A DNA stretch of 64,000 bases from Nageia nagi (taxonomy: Eukaryota > Plantae > Pinophyta), in the NCBI GenBank assembly GCA_050084985.1, contig JBITNC010000002.1, forward strand, positions 24,986,001-25,050,000, read 5' to 3'. The stretch's first letter is position 1, and every line of letters begins with the position of its first letter. A program made the position numbers and the translations under genes. Shown piece by piece: positions 50,101 to 64,000 of the stretch. The notes beneath the pieces were generated by a model, which was not told where the DNA came from, did not search any database, and saw only the letters and a program-made list of their open reading frames with translations.

Positions 50101-53100
50101 GACCATTATTTATCAATTAATTGAATGGAAATATTACATGATAAAAAGGTAGAATTGTTATTTCCTTTAATAAAATCAGCTCCAACCTTCATAATCTCCA
50201 AAAACTCTCCTCAATCAACTATATTAGGTTTGGAATTTTCCCAAGCTTCTCAGTTATCTATAATTCTCAAATTTGGTTCATAAAATTTGAATAATCAAAT
50301 TCAACAACTACAAATGAAGCATACATGGAAGTATATAAGTCAAAATCGATGTCCCTTTAGTTTATAATGGTTCCCTAACTCCGTTGAGAACTCCAAAATG
50401 AATAGAAAATTATTTAACTTTGCTAGAATTTATCATCTTTAACCAACATTGTCATTGAGCTCAACTTTGATGCTTATAGGTCAAGTAGACAGTTGGGTTA
50501 TAAATCGGTTCGACCTCTTAAAGTTAGGTCAATCATGCAAAGAGTATTACATGATCCAGATCATATCAAATCACACCTAAACATCTCTAAAATGTAGCCA
50601 TATTTTTAGTAAAGACATCAAGTACTTATTCATGTATTCTACAATACCTTAATTTAACATCCTTATTTTCCACTATATCATAGATGAAATGATACTTCAC
50701 ATTAAAATTCTTATAGCTATTGAGATGGGTAAGATTTTTTGCATATTATTCAGGCATGATTATTCTTTCAATATTCTCTGAAGTACTACGTAACAAATGA
50801 TATATCTAAACATACATGCTATTATAAAATGTTCTTGTTAATAATATTTCAAAAGATCAATTTTGACTTTTTTACAAAAATAAGGGTATTCACACCATGC
50901 AAGCACTATAGTTATGATGCCCATGCCATTCAAACCAATATACATATCAAAAATCAAGTATTTGCAAGATCAATACCATCATATATATTGAAAATCAAGA
51001 ATCAAATTATGAGCTCAAATGCATATATCTCATTCATAAAAATATGTTTTCCACTTACAATATTTTCCAAAGTTGTTTCAACTTCAATGCTTTGGGGCAT
51101 ACTTGATTCTATTTACTTTGAGGCATCAATAAATTTCAAATAAACCATTAGTTATAATGGTAATGGTTCATTGCAATATATTATATTAATTTCATCTTTG
51201 CTACTATATGTCTATTCCTTTAAAAGATGTAATTTTTCCAAGTATTATATTTTCTTATTCCACATATCATCTTCACCAAATTTGAAGAGTAGAGACAAAG
51301 GCATCCTCAATCCTCCAATCAAAAGATGCAATTTTAGCTTAGTTCCCCAATGGAAAAATCCTTGGGGCAACCAAGACTAAAAGGGGGCAACAAAATATCA
51401 TACTCAACCATAGAAATATTATAGGAAATTACTCTTCACTATTGAAAAAATTTCATACTTCTCTATGCTTCTTTAAATCCTGCATTTTCAATGCTTTTCA
51501 TTCCATATCCAAAGAGAGATAAAATGTAGATGCCTAATAGATAATTTCTTATTAATTGATAAATCATATTTTAGATATCTCAAAATAATAAATAGCAATA
51601 TTGCAAAAGTCAAAGCTATTGTGCTATCAAAGTGTTATATCATGTGTTAAGTTCAATGCTTTATCATTAATCATAAATATATCTTAATATTACAAATATT
51701 ATATTTTATTATTGTGTCAGCCTGAACACTCCCTTTTATATCTTTATGGGTATAAATGGAGGACTTCAAGTTGATATTACTTATCACATCTCTCTAATAA
51801 GTGGTGTCTTACCATAATTTCTCACTACCGATGTTCCTTGATACCATTTATATTGAAGATATGTTATGCTCTAAGTTATTTATTACATGTTACTATCTTC
51901 ATTTTTCCTAATACTTGTTAACGAATGATGTGTACATTGTTTGAAGATTGAAAGTAAGATGCACATGCCATTTTGCTTTATGATCTAGAGTTACAAATAT
52001 GAAGGACGTTAAGAATAGATTTGGATCATTGAATATCTATATAGATTCATCCCAAATCCTATCCAATCCTCCATATACATAGTCACATATTAAGTATTGC
52101 TTCTCTCTCAATTAGAAGCACACTTTCTTGGTTGTGTTCATATAACTTGATAAGTGTCTTGCACCTTAATAGTTCTACATTTATTGTATTGTATTTATTA
52201 GAAATTATTATTTATAAACTATAACAAATAGTGTTATACGAGTTGATAGGTGAATCAACACATCTCTCATCATTATTCATAAAAAAGAACATAAAATGCT
52301 ATGTGAGTCCTCTCATTACATTATACTAGATTGCTTTCCTAAGCATTCATTTTTAACTTCCTCTTCTCTTATTATTTTTTACATTATTTTCATCTCCATT
52401 TTTTTCCACTTCTTGATCTTCCTCTTTATATTCCTATTTTTTCTCTTCCATCTTCGTTTTCATCTCCCTCTTCTTTCCTCTTATTTTTCTTTTCCTTACC
52501 ATTATCTTCTTCTTTCAGTTCTTTTTTCCATATGTTTATCTAAGTTATATAGCTCCTTTCCCTAATGCCTTTTTATATTGCTTGTTGTCATAATGAAGTA
52601 GAGTTCTTTATTATTTTTCTCTAGTTCACATGACATCTAATCATTGTAGTAAGAAAATAAAAATTAGAACTAAGATTATATCTTGTTTATGCATCTCCTA
52701 CAAAGTTCTCATGAATCTTATATTATTATTTCTTAGTTGAGATATTCAAAAAATCTCCATCCTTTCTTTTATGATATTACATTTTTCTTAACGAATTTTC
52801 ATCCTTGTTGGTCAAAAATACCTTACAAATAAGCAATCAAGTTCATCTGTTATACTCAGTACTTAATATTTAGCTTGGTTTGAGAAGTATTCCATTCTCT
52901 CTATATTATATATGTTAATTAGACTTTCTATCTATGTAGTGGATATTGTACTTTTTTCATAATCAAAACTTGATTTATCATACTTTTCAATGACCTATAA
53001 CTTTCCTTTGTGTAGGTTCATACTCCATTATCTTCCAACTTACATCAATCATTAACAAACCTTACTCCTTAAATAGATTTGAGCTAAATACATCCTTCTC

Positions 53101-53924
53101 TCTCTAAGTACATTAGTCAATATAAAATATTTTTATTTGTGATATCCAATAAAAAACTATAATACACTCAAACCTCTTCATTCATAATTTTAAGTTGGTA
53201 GCTTTTCACTTTTATTCAAGTTGATCAAACTACTTGATAAGAACTAGTCAAAATAGTTATATATTTTTTCCTTATAAATCATGATTTTAAATTATAAATC
53301 TTTTGGTGCTTCAAATTTCCTAATAAAAATAGTTTTTTTCATAGCATAAATTTTCCTTCCTTTTTTTTTTTTTTTTATCCATGGGTTTTTAATGTGAATG
53401 AAGCCTTTAATACAAAACAACAACTATAAAATTCACGAGAATGTATTTGATGGGCTAACTATATTGCCAAACCTTAACATTGTAATTTTTTTAAAAGTAT
53501 ATATGAAAATAGGCTAAAACTTGAACTCTAGCTGTTAAGGATAAAATTTCTATCCAAATCTTGTAGAATCATATTACACTCAAATTCTAAAATTATTATA
53601 AGTTTCTCAAATAAAATCAAAATGAACCAATTTTGTTATTAGAGAATGGGAATGAGTTAGTTTATCACACTTTTAGATGTTTCTTCATGAGTTCAAATCA
53701 TATTCCTCACTTCCCCTATAACCTTTAATGCATCGAATTAACTATTAACGTGTTCAATAATGCTAGTGTGGTACACCTTCGATTCCATGAGCCTTCAAAA
53801 CTCAAACCTTAGTCTCCACATCCAAACTAGATGTTTCCACTAATAGGTCAAGACCCATGAACAAAATGAACTAAATTTTAGAATGTAAAGAACTTTCTTA
53901 ATTTTTCAAGTGCTCACTCAAATT

Positions 53925-54080
53925 TTTTAAAAATGCATTAGTCTTATGGCTTACAAAGCCAATTTAATGTAAAATCCCTAATTATAACTTGAGTGACACA
54001 ACTTTTAAAAAAATACATTATTCTTATGGCTTACAAATCCAATTTAATGTAAATGCCCTAATTATAACTTGAGTGACATA
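53925..54080. repeat. 80-bp tandem duplication
   Basis: AAT.CATTA.TCTTATGGCTTACAAA.CCAATTTAATGTAAA..CCCTAATTATAACTTGAGTGACA occurs twice. Confidence 0.9.
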
Positions 54081-56976
54081 ATTCTTAGTTAGAGGTTTTA
54101 AGCTTATTATTGAAGATTCAATGATGAATATCTTGATCATCTATGATCTTTTTGATAGACTAAGATTTCAATACTTATGAACGATAATTTTTACTTTTTT
54201 TTTTCTTGATTCAATATTTGATGCAAATTATATATATGTATGCAATACGAGAAGAATGAAAAATAAAAATATTTGATTTATGAATTTTTTGGATAGATTA
54301 TTTTCTAAATCTTTGGTAAATATTATCCATCTTATTGTCATACATCAAATATTAAAAAATCCAACAAAATGAATTGACAGATAGGGGAGAGGTGGGTAGT
54401 TCAAAGCTCTCGGATACAGGGGGCTAGGTATAAAACTCGTAACACTTAAAAGTTGAAACATACCTAAAATCCTATAGAATTGATGATAGGTGTGGATGAG
54501 GTGGGGATCGTACCCCTGGTGAATTTTTGATAGTATGGATGCTCCTTAGTTGCGACTCTAAACTTAAGAGTTCATGGTTCCCTGTATTAAGGAACAAACT
54601 TCAACAAAAATAAAAAAATCCAACAAACAAAAATATTTGATTTATGATTATTTTTTCCAAGCAATATTCATAAACAAATAATTCATAATTTTTTCATTAC
54701 ATATTTAAAATTATTTTTTTAAAATTTATTATTATTTGTAATATATATTTTTACATATATAATTTTTTTTATTATGCATAAAATTCTCCAATAGAATTTT
54801 TACTCATTACCGTTAATTTAAAAAATAATAAAATCATTTTTTTTGAAATGGAGAAATGAATCCACATGTTCATTGAAATGAAAAAGGGTAACTTTTTATT
54901 TTGTAATTTTAAAAGAATAAAGATAAAAAGAATTAAATAAAAAATTAATAGGGTTCGATAATAAAAAAGCCAAAAGTTGTTATTAAAAGAAAGCCTCACC
55001 CCTCTTATTACTACCTGGATACTTCCAATCGGGTAGGGGAGACGAACTTATGCGGTTTCGTAGGTAACATCTATCAACTTCGTAAGAATGGTTGAGGGGA
55101 GAGCAAGTCTATTCGATACGTATTAAGGGCGTTACAATGAATGGGGAGCATATTTCTTCCAATCATAAATGTGTCTTCTATCTCTACTATTTTATAATAT
55201 AGTATTTCTCAAAATAATAAATCGGATTTTTTTTTAAAAAAAAATTTTTGGAGGTATCAAATTTATGAAACAATTCGAACCAGCTTTGAAATTTGATGTT
55301 CATCTGAACATTTTTTTATTTTTTAAACGTCTCTAATAATTCTAATAACATCATATTGATGTTCAAAATTTAAAAAAAATAAATATTAAAACATTATATA
55401 TATATATATCTTTGATTGGATGATTATGATTTAGTAGATCAAATTCATTGAAAATTGTTACTTATAACTTGTTAATGCTATTTAGTAGTTTAAGACATAC
55501 AATTTGTAAATTTCATTATTATATTCTATTTGGTGCTTACTATGTATATGTATTCTAATATTGTTATGTAGTCCATTAAACTCAAGTAAGAAGATCCTTC
55601 TTGATTGTATGAGGAAGTATTCGATATGATTACTTATTGAATTTTTTATTTTTATTTTTTTCATTCAACTAAATTTATGGGATATGGCTGAAGAGGATAT
55701 AACTTGTTCATTAGTTTTTAGAATGATTATTTTGAAGATTTCATGTCCAACTTTTCATGGCACCTCTACAAATGTAAATCGTGTTTACAATTTTATAATG
55801 ATAATATGAATAACAATCATTTGGTTATATGGAAAAATACTTTTATATATTCTAATTAGTATGATGTGTGGATGAGACATTTTTAATAGATTTTTTTTAT
55901 ATATATTAATCAAATATTTTGTATGAGGTAATGGTTACAAAGATGAAGAAAAGGAGATGATATACAACCTAGGTCATTTAGAAGGATATTATACATAACA
56001 TACAATTTCAAATGAAAATATTTGATTCATTTAAGTTTTGAATCTCTAAAGTTTAAATTGAATAATAAGAATTTCTTGAAATCTATGGTTCATTAATTTT
56101 TGTTTAAATTATTTGCAAGTATTATTTTTAATCAAATATCATCCTTAATATTAACTATTATTGAAATAATCATTTATTGAAAGATTATTAATTTACATAA
56201 AATGTAAATTGACAGACATCTAAAAAAGGTAAAACGTAAAGTGATAAGTAAATTTTTTTTGAAATTTCAACCCGATCCGAACAACTCCTACCCTAGAAAC
56301 GTGGTTTGCGTCACGAAGGATTTACCATTTTTGTACAATACTTTCTCCAAAACCTATTTTGTAATACGTTTTAATTGTTATAATAATTTCATCATCATAA
56401 TATGTAGTTAAATTATTATTTGAATTTAAAATTCAGTTACAAGCAAGTAACAATTATCGACCAATGACTAACAATACCAATGGTCAAAAACTAACTAATA
56501 ATAAAAATAACATTATAATATTTTAACTAAGAACAATAATAAAGCTAAAGAATGACTAGAAAAACGTATCACGATAAAATTCTTATTAAAAACTAATTAA
56601 AATAAAAAAACATTATTTTGTCAATCACGAAGCCACTTTATCGTCACGGGATCCCATATCAATAGGATAAAAGGTTCCTTTCATGGCACCTACAGTATGT
56701 ACTTCAACAGGCCCAGCCAGTGCCCCAGATGGTTTCTTATCCGTCAATAAGGATAATGGAGAAAAGAATCAGCACTACTTTCGAACGATCTAGTGGGCAC
56801 CCAATGAATGCTCACTATTCATTTTAAGGTATTTATTGATTATAGAGATAAGCTTATCTTTATCAAGTGGAACAAAATTACGTACTGAGAAGATCATCCC
56901 AGTGGGATTTATTGACAGTGTCCATTGCCTACAGCAGAATACTATAGCAGAAAAACTGCAACAAAAAAAGAGAAGC

Positions 56977-58658
56977 CTATAGCTCTGATTTCTGTAGAGT
57001 AGCACCCACATCCAACACAAACCTATACCTAACGTCTGATTTGGCCAGTCTGTCCATTGCAGTATTAACGTAGTCCATGGGAATCTTCTCAATGTCGCAT
57101 GTAATCCCATGCTCTCCACAGAAATCCACCATCTCCTGCGTCTCTTTCATCCCCCCTATCATACTCCCTCCGATCGTTCGTCTCCCTGCAATCCAAGAAA
57201 AGCCCACAAGCCCCTCTATCAAATTCGTTAAAGGCATATTTGTGAACAATTCATAGAAAAAAAAAACAATAGATTCAAGGTAATAGACTTTAATGTAAAT
57301 GCAATATTGTTACCCAAGAGTAAAGGAAAAGAAGGAAGCAGTAGAGGCTTGTCAGGAGCTCCCACCAACACCATCTTTCCATTGACCTTGAGCACATTCA
57401 GCAGTGGAAAAATGGGGTGGGCAGCAGATACAGTATCCAATATGTAATCAAAACTTCTAGTAGCTTCCTGTAACAAGACCCAAAACATCCATCAACATGC
57501 TCATAATCAAAACAGGTAAAATCAAGAGTTAAATCATTTGGGTTGTTAAATTCTCTCTACCTGCATTTGCTGCTCATTTTTGCTGATAAGGAAATCATCA
57601 GCACCCAGGCGCTCCTTTGCCTCTTTCTCTTTAGCCGGGGAGGTGCTGATGACAGTCACATGGAGACCAAAAGCCTTAGCAAATTTTATAGCCATGTGAC
57701 CAAGGCCTCCCAGCCCAACAACTCCAATGCGTTTGCCAGGCTCAGTCATGCCGAAATATTTCATTGGACTGTAGACTGTTATTCCTGCGCATAGAAGAGG
57801 AGCCCCTGCGTCCATGGCCAGATTTTCCGGAAACAGCACCACATATCTGAACCCATCATATTCCCACCATAAAAAAAATTCATCCGTGAAAAACCAAGAA
57901 AAAAAGAAGGAAAAAAGGAAACTAATGGCGGAGTGTAGTTAGTAATTTTTGCCTGTGATGGACAACTATGAAGTTTGAGTAACCTCCAAAGGTAATCGAT
58001 CCGTCCTGATCTACGCTATTGTAGGTGAAGATGTACTTAGTGCAGTAATTCTCAAGCCCTTCTTCACAATACTCACAGGAATTGCAGGCTCCCACCAAGC
58101 AGCCCACCCTGCCCTGTCTCCAATCTTGAGCTTTTTCACATTGCTCCCCACAGCAGTTACGATGCCGGTAATCTCATGCCTACATAAAAAGGAACATCAC
58201 GCGCACAACACAATCTATTAAACGAATTCTCCATAAAATAGCCCCATCTCTTCTCAGATTCACGGCGCATAAAAAAGCAGAAAACCACATTAACTATATG
58301 TATTCAATAATTGTGGTTATGGGTATTCAGAGAAAATTTCACCCTGGGACAACAGGGTAATGAGTGTTTCCCCAATCATTCTTGGCATGATGAAGATCTG
58401 TATGGCAAATACCACAGTAGAGGATCTTTATCGTCACGTCATCCGGTCCATTAGTTCTGCAAAAAAGTATACAGTACGACTATCATACCAACAAAAAACT
58501 TCATTTTGTAGATCAGGATCGTATTGTTTTGAATGGTATAGAAAGTTTTTGAGCCGAGAAAACCTGCGATCGAATTTGAAGGGAGATAGAATGGCAGATG
58601 AATCTTTGGCAGCCCATCCCAGGGCCTGTTGAGGTTGCTTCTCCATCGCTTCTGCCAT
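56977..58658 (-). CDS. CAD: Cinnamyl alcohol dehydrogenase-like / ELI3-type (probable mannitol dehydrogenase) zinc MDR. Exons 58564-58658, 58343-58456, 57953-58179, 57561-57846, 57314-57467, 56977-57185; as written has a 1-nt frameshift
   Basis: [78 protein letters not shown]. Exons sum to 1085 nt, one short of 362 codons. Intron 3 donor is GC. Confidence 0.92.
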
Positions 58659-58730
58659 GACTGTCCTTCACCTTTTAGAGCTGTGGGATGGGTTGTGGAT
58701 ATTAATGGGTTGATTTCTTTCTTGTATCCT

Positions 58731-58737
58731 CTTATAG
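58731..58737 (-). promoter_or_regulatory. Candidate TATA box of the CAD-like gene
   Basis: CTATAAG on the minus strand ~73 nt upstream of the ATG. Confidence 0.35.
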
Positions 58738-58973
58738 AATGTGGAAAGAGCAGATATTTAATTTGCAGTGTGGGGGCACTTAAAGATGTCACCTTCCACT
58801 GTGACCATTGAATGGGAGGAGCGCTCCAACTGCTCGATCAGCTGGACTCAACGATAACCATCAATGTATCAATTAAAAATTTGACATTGCAGATACCAAA
58901 AAAGTACTAATCTAATAAATGAGTTTTTTATTTATTTATTTAATCAAGGGTTTGATTTTTTAAGACAAGAATT

Positions 58974-59123
58974 GAATGTTGAATTTATTTTATTAAAGGA
59001 AAGTTACATAAAGTACAACACAGGATAAGGTTCGAATGTTGAATTTATTTTATCTAAGGAAAGTTACATAAAGTACACGGAGAAGGTTTGAATGTTGAAT
59101 TTATTTTATTAATGGGAAGTTAC
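58974..59123. repeat. ~57-60-bp tandem repeat x2.5 upstream of the CAD-like gene
   Basis: GAATGTTGAATTTATTTTAT....GG.AAGTTAC at ~58974, 59034, 59090. Confidence 0.88.
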
Positions 59124-60713
59124 TTTTGGAAACTAAGTTGACTTGGATTTGAAACGGTTATTTTATTTTTTATTTTTTAATAATATAAGAGAGAAAGAAA
59201 TTTATTCAGTATAAATGTTTTTTTAATAAATTTAAAACTTGTAAACTTACAGTGCTTTAAATAAGTGTGAAACTTTCAAACTTAGAAGTTTTATTTCAAG
59301 GTATTCCAAGTTTCATCTAGATATCAAAATATTACATTTATTGAAATTAATGGTAGTGAGTGTGCATGTAAGTTGGACTTAATATTTGCATCATATAGTA
59401 AGTTTAAATTTTGTTAAAGCATTTTTGTTTGTTTATTTTTAAAAATATAAATTATATAATATATAATTCTTTATATAAAAAAACATTTTTATTTTTAAAT
59501 TTGAAGATTTAATAAATTTTAATTTTTTTATCAAAAAAGATTATATGAATAAAAATCAAATATTTTCAAGTAAAATTTTTTTGCTTATGTGTGAGTAGAA
59601 TAATTCATCGATCTTGTGGAGTTTGTGTGTATTCGAGATTTATTAAAATAGTTCATCTATTTATCAAAACATATAACATTTTTTTAAAGGGTCGTATATA
59701 ATTCAAGTGAAACACCATTTTTTTAAAGGGTCCAATGATACATAACACTCCTACCTTTGGTTTATTTTTAACTTTTAGTTTCATAATTTTTGGTGAATCA
59801 ATAGGGCATCTATGATTTCTCAGAACCCAATCGATGCTTGAAAATCGATTTATCATAGCCAATAGGTGTAGGAGCCATGATTTTGCAATTTGGCCATCGA
59901 TTGGGCATCAAAATAAGCATGTTCAAATATGTGATAGATCAACAAGATATGACATGGAGTTTTCATGTAAGAGTAGATCAACCTAAGTTAATGTATTACA
60001 TGGTAATTATTGCTATGAATATGTATCTTCAGATTATTTTTAGATATTTAGATCTATTTACGAATAGCTAGGATTAACAACCTTATAATATTGATTAATA
60101 AGTTATGGAGTTGTAAATATCTTGAGAAGGCAAATTATAACTATAAGGATTAAGGGTGTTCTTAATATAATTCAATTATTTTAACACTAGTTTTTACTCT
60201 ATTAGGTTTTCCATTATAAATCCTTGGTGTATTTGTGTATGTTTTTGTTATTATTGGTTGATGAATTATGAATCTTTTACATTCTTCTTATTAAAATAGA
60301 TTAGCCATTAGACACGTAGTGATTGATGTTTACATAGAAATTATTGAATCTTTTAAATTTGTAATAGGTGGAGTGAGTCCATAGTTTTGACACACGATTA
60401 CAAATTGTTCATGGTATTCACAATTACTTCTATTCAGGGTCCAACTCCATTTTGATGATCAATAAGAGTCCTTGAGCTCTTGAAAGTAGTTTTTCCCCAT
60501 ATTGAGATTTTTCCATTATAAAATCATTATTAAACTTCATTTATATATGAATTATTTTTGTTTTAGTATTTTCTCTTATTTTATGATTTCAATTGATAAA
60601 ATGGTTGATTTGTGCAAGTTCTTAAAAAACTTAATAAAATTCACATATTCAAAAATAGAAATTTGTATTTGAATATTTGGAAAGATATAATCTACCAAAA
60701 ATTATGGATCACA

Positions 60714-63700
60714 TGGTATTAAAGCAAGTGATCCAAATTTGCATGCAATTGTATGCATGTAATGAGACTTAAATAGAGAAAGGAGAAGAAAACCTAGAAG
60801 AATTAATATAACCTAAGATTGAAAGAAAGAGTTGTAAAAGAGAGGATATAGCTCACAACATGGTTGAATATCCTATAGATCATACTGAAGCAAGATTTAC
60901 AAATTTAAATATGAATGTGGTAAATATCATCTTATCTGTAGATAAACTCATTATTATATGTTGGGTAGAAAAATTATAATGGAGGAAAAATAATAAATTA
61001 TAAATTTGAAAAGAGACTTAAATGGTACAGGTCCTTCTTCAATGCCCTTCAAGATGGAGGCAAAACTTGATATTCTTATTTTTTAAAGGAGAATTCAATG
61101 CAAAGAAGTTGAACCATTAGGTGAAGCAACTAGAGGTTTATTTCCATTTCCAAGTAGTGACCAAGGATTAGAATAAATTTCTCTTACAAGGCTCAAGATA
61201 GGAGGTCATGTATTAGTTTGGTGGGAAAGCTACATGTAATATCTAGAGCATGAGAATGAGTCACCAATTTATTCATGGGAGGAGTTCAAAAATATACTAA
61301 AGGAATAACTCTATCCTCTAGGCCACTGCAAGAAATAAATCATGAAGTGGCCCAATTCTTTCGGCAAGGTAAGGGGGAAGTGTACAAGATTACATAACAA
61401 AATTTTGGCAGCAAGCAACATTGCTTGAGATTTATCTCAAGGATCCATAAATATTAATGAAGTACACTAAAGGTGTATATAGATATTTAAGAAGGATAAT
61501 CATGTTATTAAGTCCATATAACATTGATTAAGTGATGTTCAAGCATATTACCTCGAGGAGGGTGGAAGATAAAGGTAGAAACTAGTAGCTCAAAGAAAAA
61601 TTATTAGGGAAAAAAATAAGAAGTTTAAAGAAAGGGAAAAGGAAATTCCTAATAAAAGAAAACCACCACAAACACAAAATAGAATGATGACAAGAGACAT
61701 TGTCCACATTATGATGAGGATGATCATACATAAGAGAAGTATTGGAAGATTCATCTAGAATTAGCTCCATACAACGTAAAGAAAAATAAAATTAAGAAGA
61801 AGAATGCAATGGCCACCAAAAATCAAGAAGTTGATGATAGTTCTAAGGTAGATGAGAATATCACTTATGCAGTAGTTAAAATAGTTGAGAACTCCAAGAA
61901 TGAGGATTGTAGTGAGGAGATAACTTCTTTCACATAAAAATTTAGTCTAAGAAGACTAGTAGAATTGATCCACTTTTTAATATGGTACTGAAGACTTGGT
62001 GAAGAAGTTTTGGTTGAAGGATTACAACCATCCATGCCTATATTAATTGATTTGGGTGCATACTGATGTTAAGATGCAAGTTATAAAGTAACATAAGTTG
62101 ACATTTACCATTAAAACCAATTTTATTAATGAAGTGATAGTTGATGTGGTTCTATTGAATGTTTATGATGTAGTATTTAATAGTTTTTCCTTGTTTGATA
62201 AGGATGCCATTTTCTATATAGAGGAGAACAATTATAGGTTGATCAAGAATGGCTTTATATTATTCATGCTAAAAAAAAAAGAAAAATATTCCTTTGGTGA
62301 TAGCTAAGCGAATAGACTCATTAATAAAAATAAGAAGTTTATGCTCGTGATGCTCAGGCCTTTAAGAGAGGAAAATCTAGTAGGGATGAAGATATTTGCA
62401 ACTTGTAATTAACAACAAAAGAGGTACAAGTTATTATGAATAATTTTCAATATATTTTCGAAGAACTAATGGGTTGACCACCTAAGAGGGAGATTGAACA
62501 TGAGATTCAAGTACATCATGATACTCCTCTACCTAACATAGGGTTGTATAGAAAGTCTGTAGTAGAAAGTGAGGAGATCAAGAAGTAAATTTGAAAGATC
62601 CTAAATTAAGAAGTCATTATGAAAAGTGAATCATCGTGTTGTTCATTGATTGTGTTGGTAATAAAGAAGGATGGGACTTGGAGAATGTGTGAGGATTACT
62701 ATGTACCAAATAAAATTGCTATAAAAAATAAGTATCCAATACCTTGACATATTGATTATCTAATGGATTATGCAAGTGGAAAAATACATTACCAATTTAG
62801 ACTTGAGAAGTGGATATCACCAAGTGCAAATCAAGGAGGAGGACATATGGAAGATAACTTTCAAAACTAATTAAGGGTTCTATGAGTGGTTAGTACTTCT
62901 TTTTGGCTAATGTAATGTATTAACCACCTTCATGAGGGTAATGAATGATGTTTTTAGACCTTTTATTGATTCTTTTTTATTATTTACTTGAATTATATTC
63001 TTATTTATAGTTAATATTAGGAAGAACTCAAAGAACACTTGAAGTAAGTGTTGTAAAATTTAATAAAAGAGAAGCTACTATGGAAAATACAAAAATTGAG
63101 TTTGGTTACAAGTCTTTGGAATATCTAGGACATGCTATAGGTGGTCGCCAAATAAATATTGATCCTAAAAAGGTTAAAACTATTATGGAATGTCCTAAAC
63201 CTAACAATGTAATGGACACAAGGAGTTTCTTAAGAGTTATCCAATATATAAGAAATTTTATTTATATTTTTTCTGCTATTGTTATGCCATTGGATGATGT
63301 TATTGGTAAAAGATATGTATTTCAATAAGAAATGAAGCAATAATTAGCTTTTGAGTTGTTGCTTTAATGTTAATACTATCAAACTTGTAGAATCCATTTG
63401 AAATTGAGATAAATATAAGTGAGTATGATATGGGAAAATTTTGATGTAAGTAAGAATACCCATATGATATCATTCAAAATAATTTAGAGGGGAAATTTTG
63501 AAATATCCCATGTATGATTAGGATTTATATGCATTGGTCCAAGCTATGAAGAAGTGGAAACATTATTTATTGGGGAAAGAGATAATCATCCACACCAACC
63601 ATCAACCTTTGCATCGTTTATAATATTAGTCAAAATTGTAGTAAGGCATTTTAGTTGGATATATTTTTTGCAATAATTTCACTTAATCATCAAGTATAAT

Positions 63701-64000
63701 AAGGGTAGTACTAATAAGATTATAGACATGCTTTCAAGATCACCTATCAAGGTTTTAGCTATAAGAAAAATAATGAATCATATCTATATCCTTTTATTCA
63801 TGAGTCATACACAGATTAAGAATACTTGGTTGATAATGAATTTAAGGAAGTTTATCAACATTTGGATCATATATCTAAACCAAATTACGAGGAGATTATT
63901 GATCATCATCTTAAGGATGGATATTTTTACAAGATGAACATGTTGTATATTTTAGAGGGAGAAATAATTTATCTCATAAGAGAACTATATGCATTATGTA
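60714..64000 (+). mobile_element. Highly degenerate Ty3/gypsy element (PBS, gag, PR, RT, RNase H, start of INT); runs off the right edge
   Basis: PBS-like TGGTATTAAAGC 60714-60725. Gag KMEAKLDI..KQLEVYF, LKIGGHVLVWWE. RT PPKREIEHEI, KKDGTWRMCEDY, LDLRSGYHQVQI, LEYLGH. RH LYALVQAMKKWKHYLLGKEIIIHTNHQPL. The upstream LTR boundary is not resolved. Confidence 0.9.

Noticed and set aside
52296-52565. Hydrophobic 89-aa membrane-protein-like ORF
   Set aside because: Translation of a low-complexity pyrimidine (CT-rich) tract.
47230-56700. Genes or definable TEs between NEMP and CAD
   Set aside because: Very AT-rich with only faint retroelement-like traces (e.g. ~50500-51400). I could support no boundaries, TSDs or domains.

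Overview
Plant nuclear DNA, AT-rich and TE-dense. The giant intron and the element families suggest a gymnosperm (inference). Two host genes lie on the minus strand. The first is a NEMP1/TMEM194 (DUF2215) nuclear-envelope membrane protein gene with exons at 46877-46976, 7845-8070, 4197-4354 and 3926-4071. It runs off the left edge and has an inferred 38.8-kb first intron. The second is a 6-exon cinnamyl-alcohol-dehydrogenase-like gene (56977-58658) with a 1-nt frameshift and a GC donor. The NEMP introns hold nested transposons: two copia elements, a gypsy pol remnant, three solo LTRs, two hAT elements and LINE fragments. The most notable item is a TSD-flanked, non-autonomous LTR retroelement (24730-33499). 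Its interior has no RT/RNase H/integrase core and instead carries a ~1-kb intronless fragment of the host TIMELESS gene, antisense to the NEMP pre-mRNA. Its 5' LTR was later split by a near-intact hAT transposon. A decayed gypsy element occupies the right end. All homology calls are by eye from remembered family motifs and need database confirmation.
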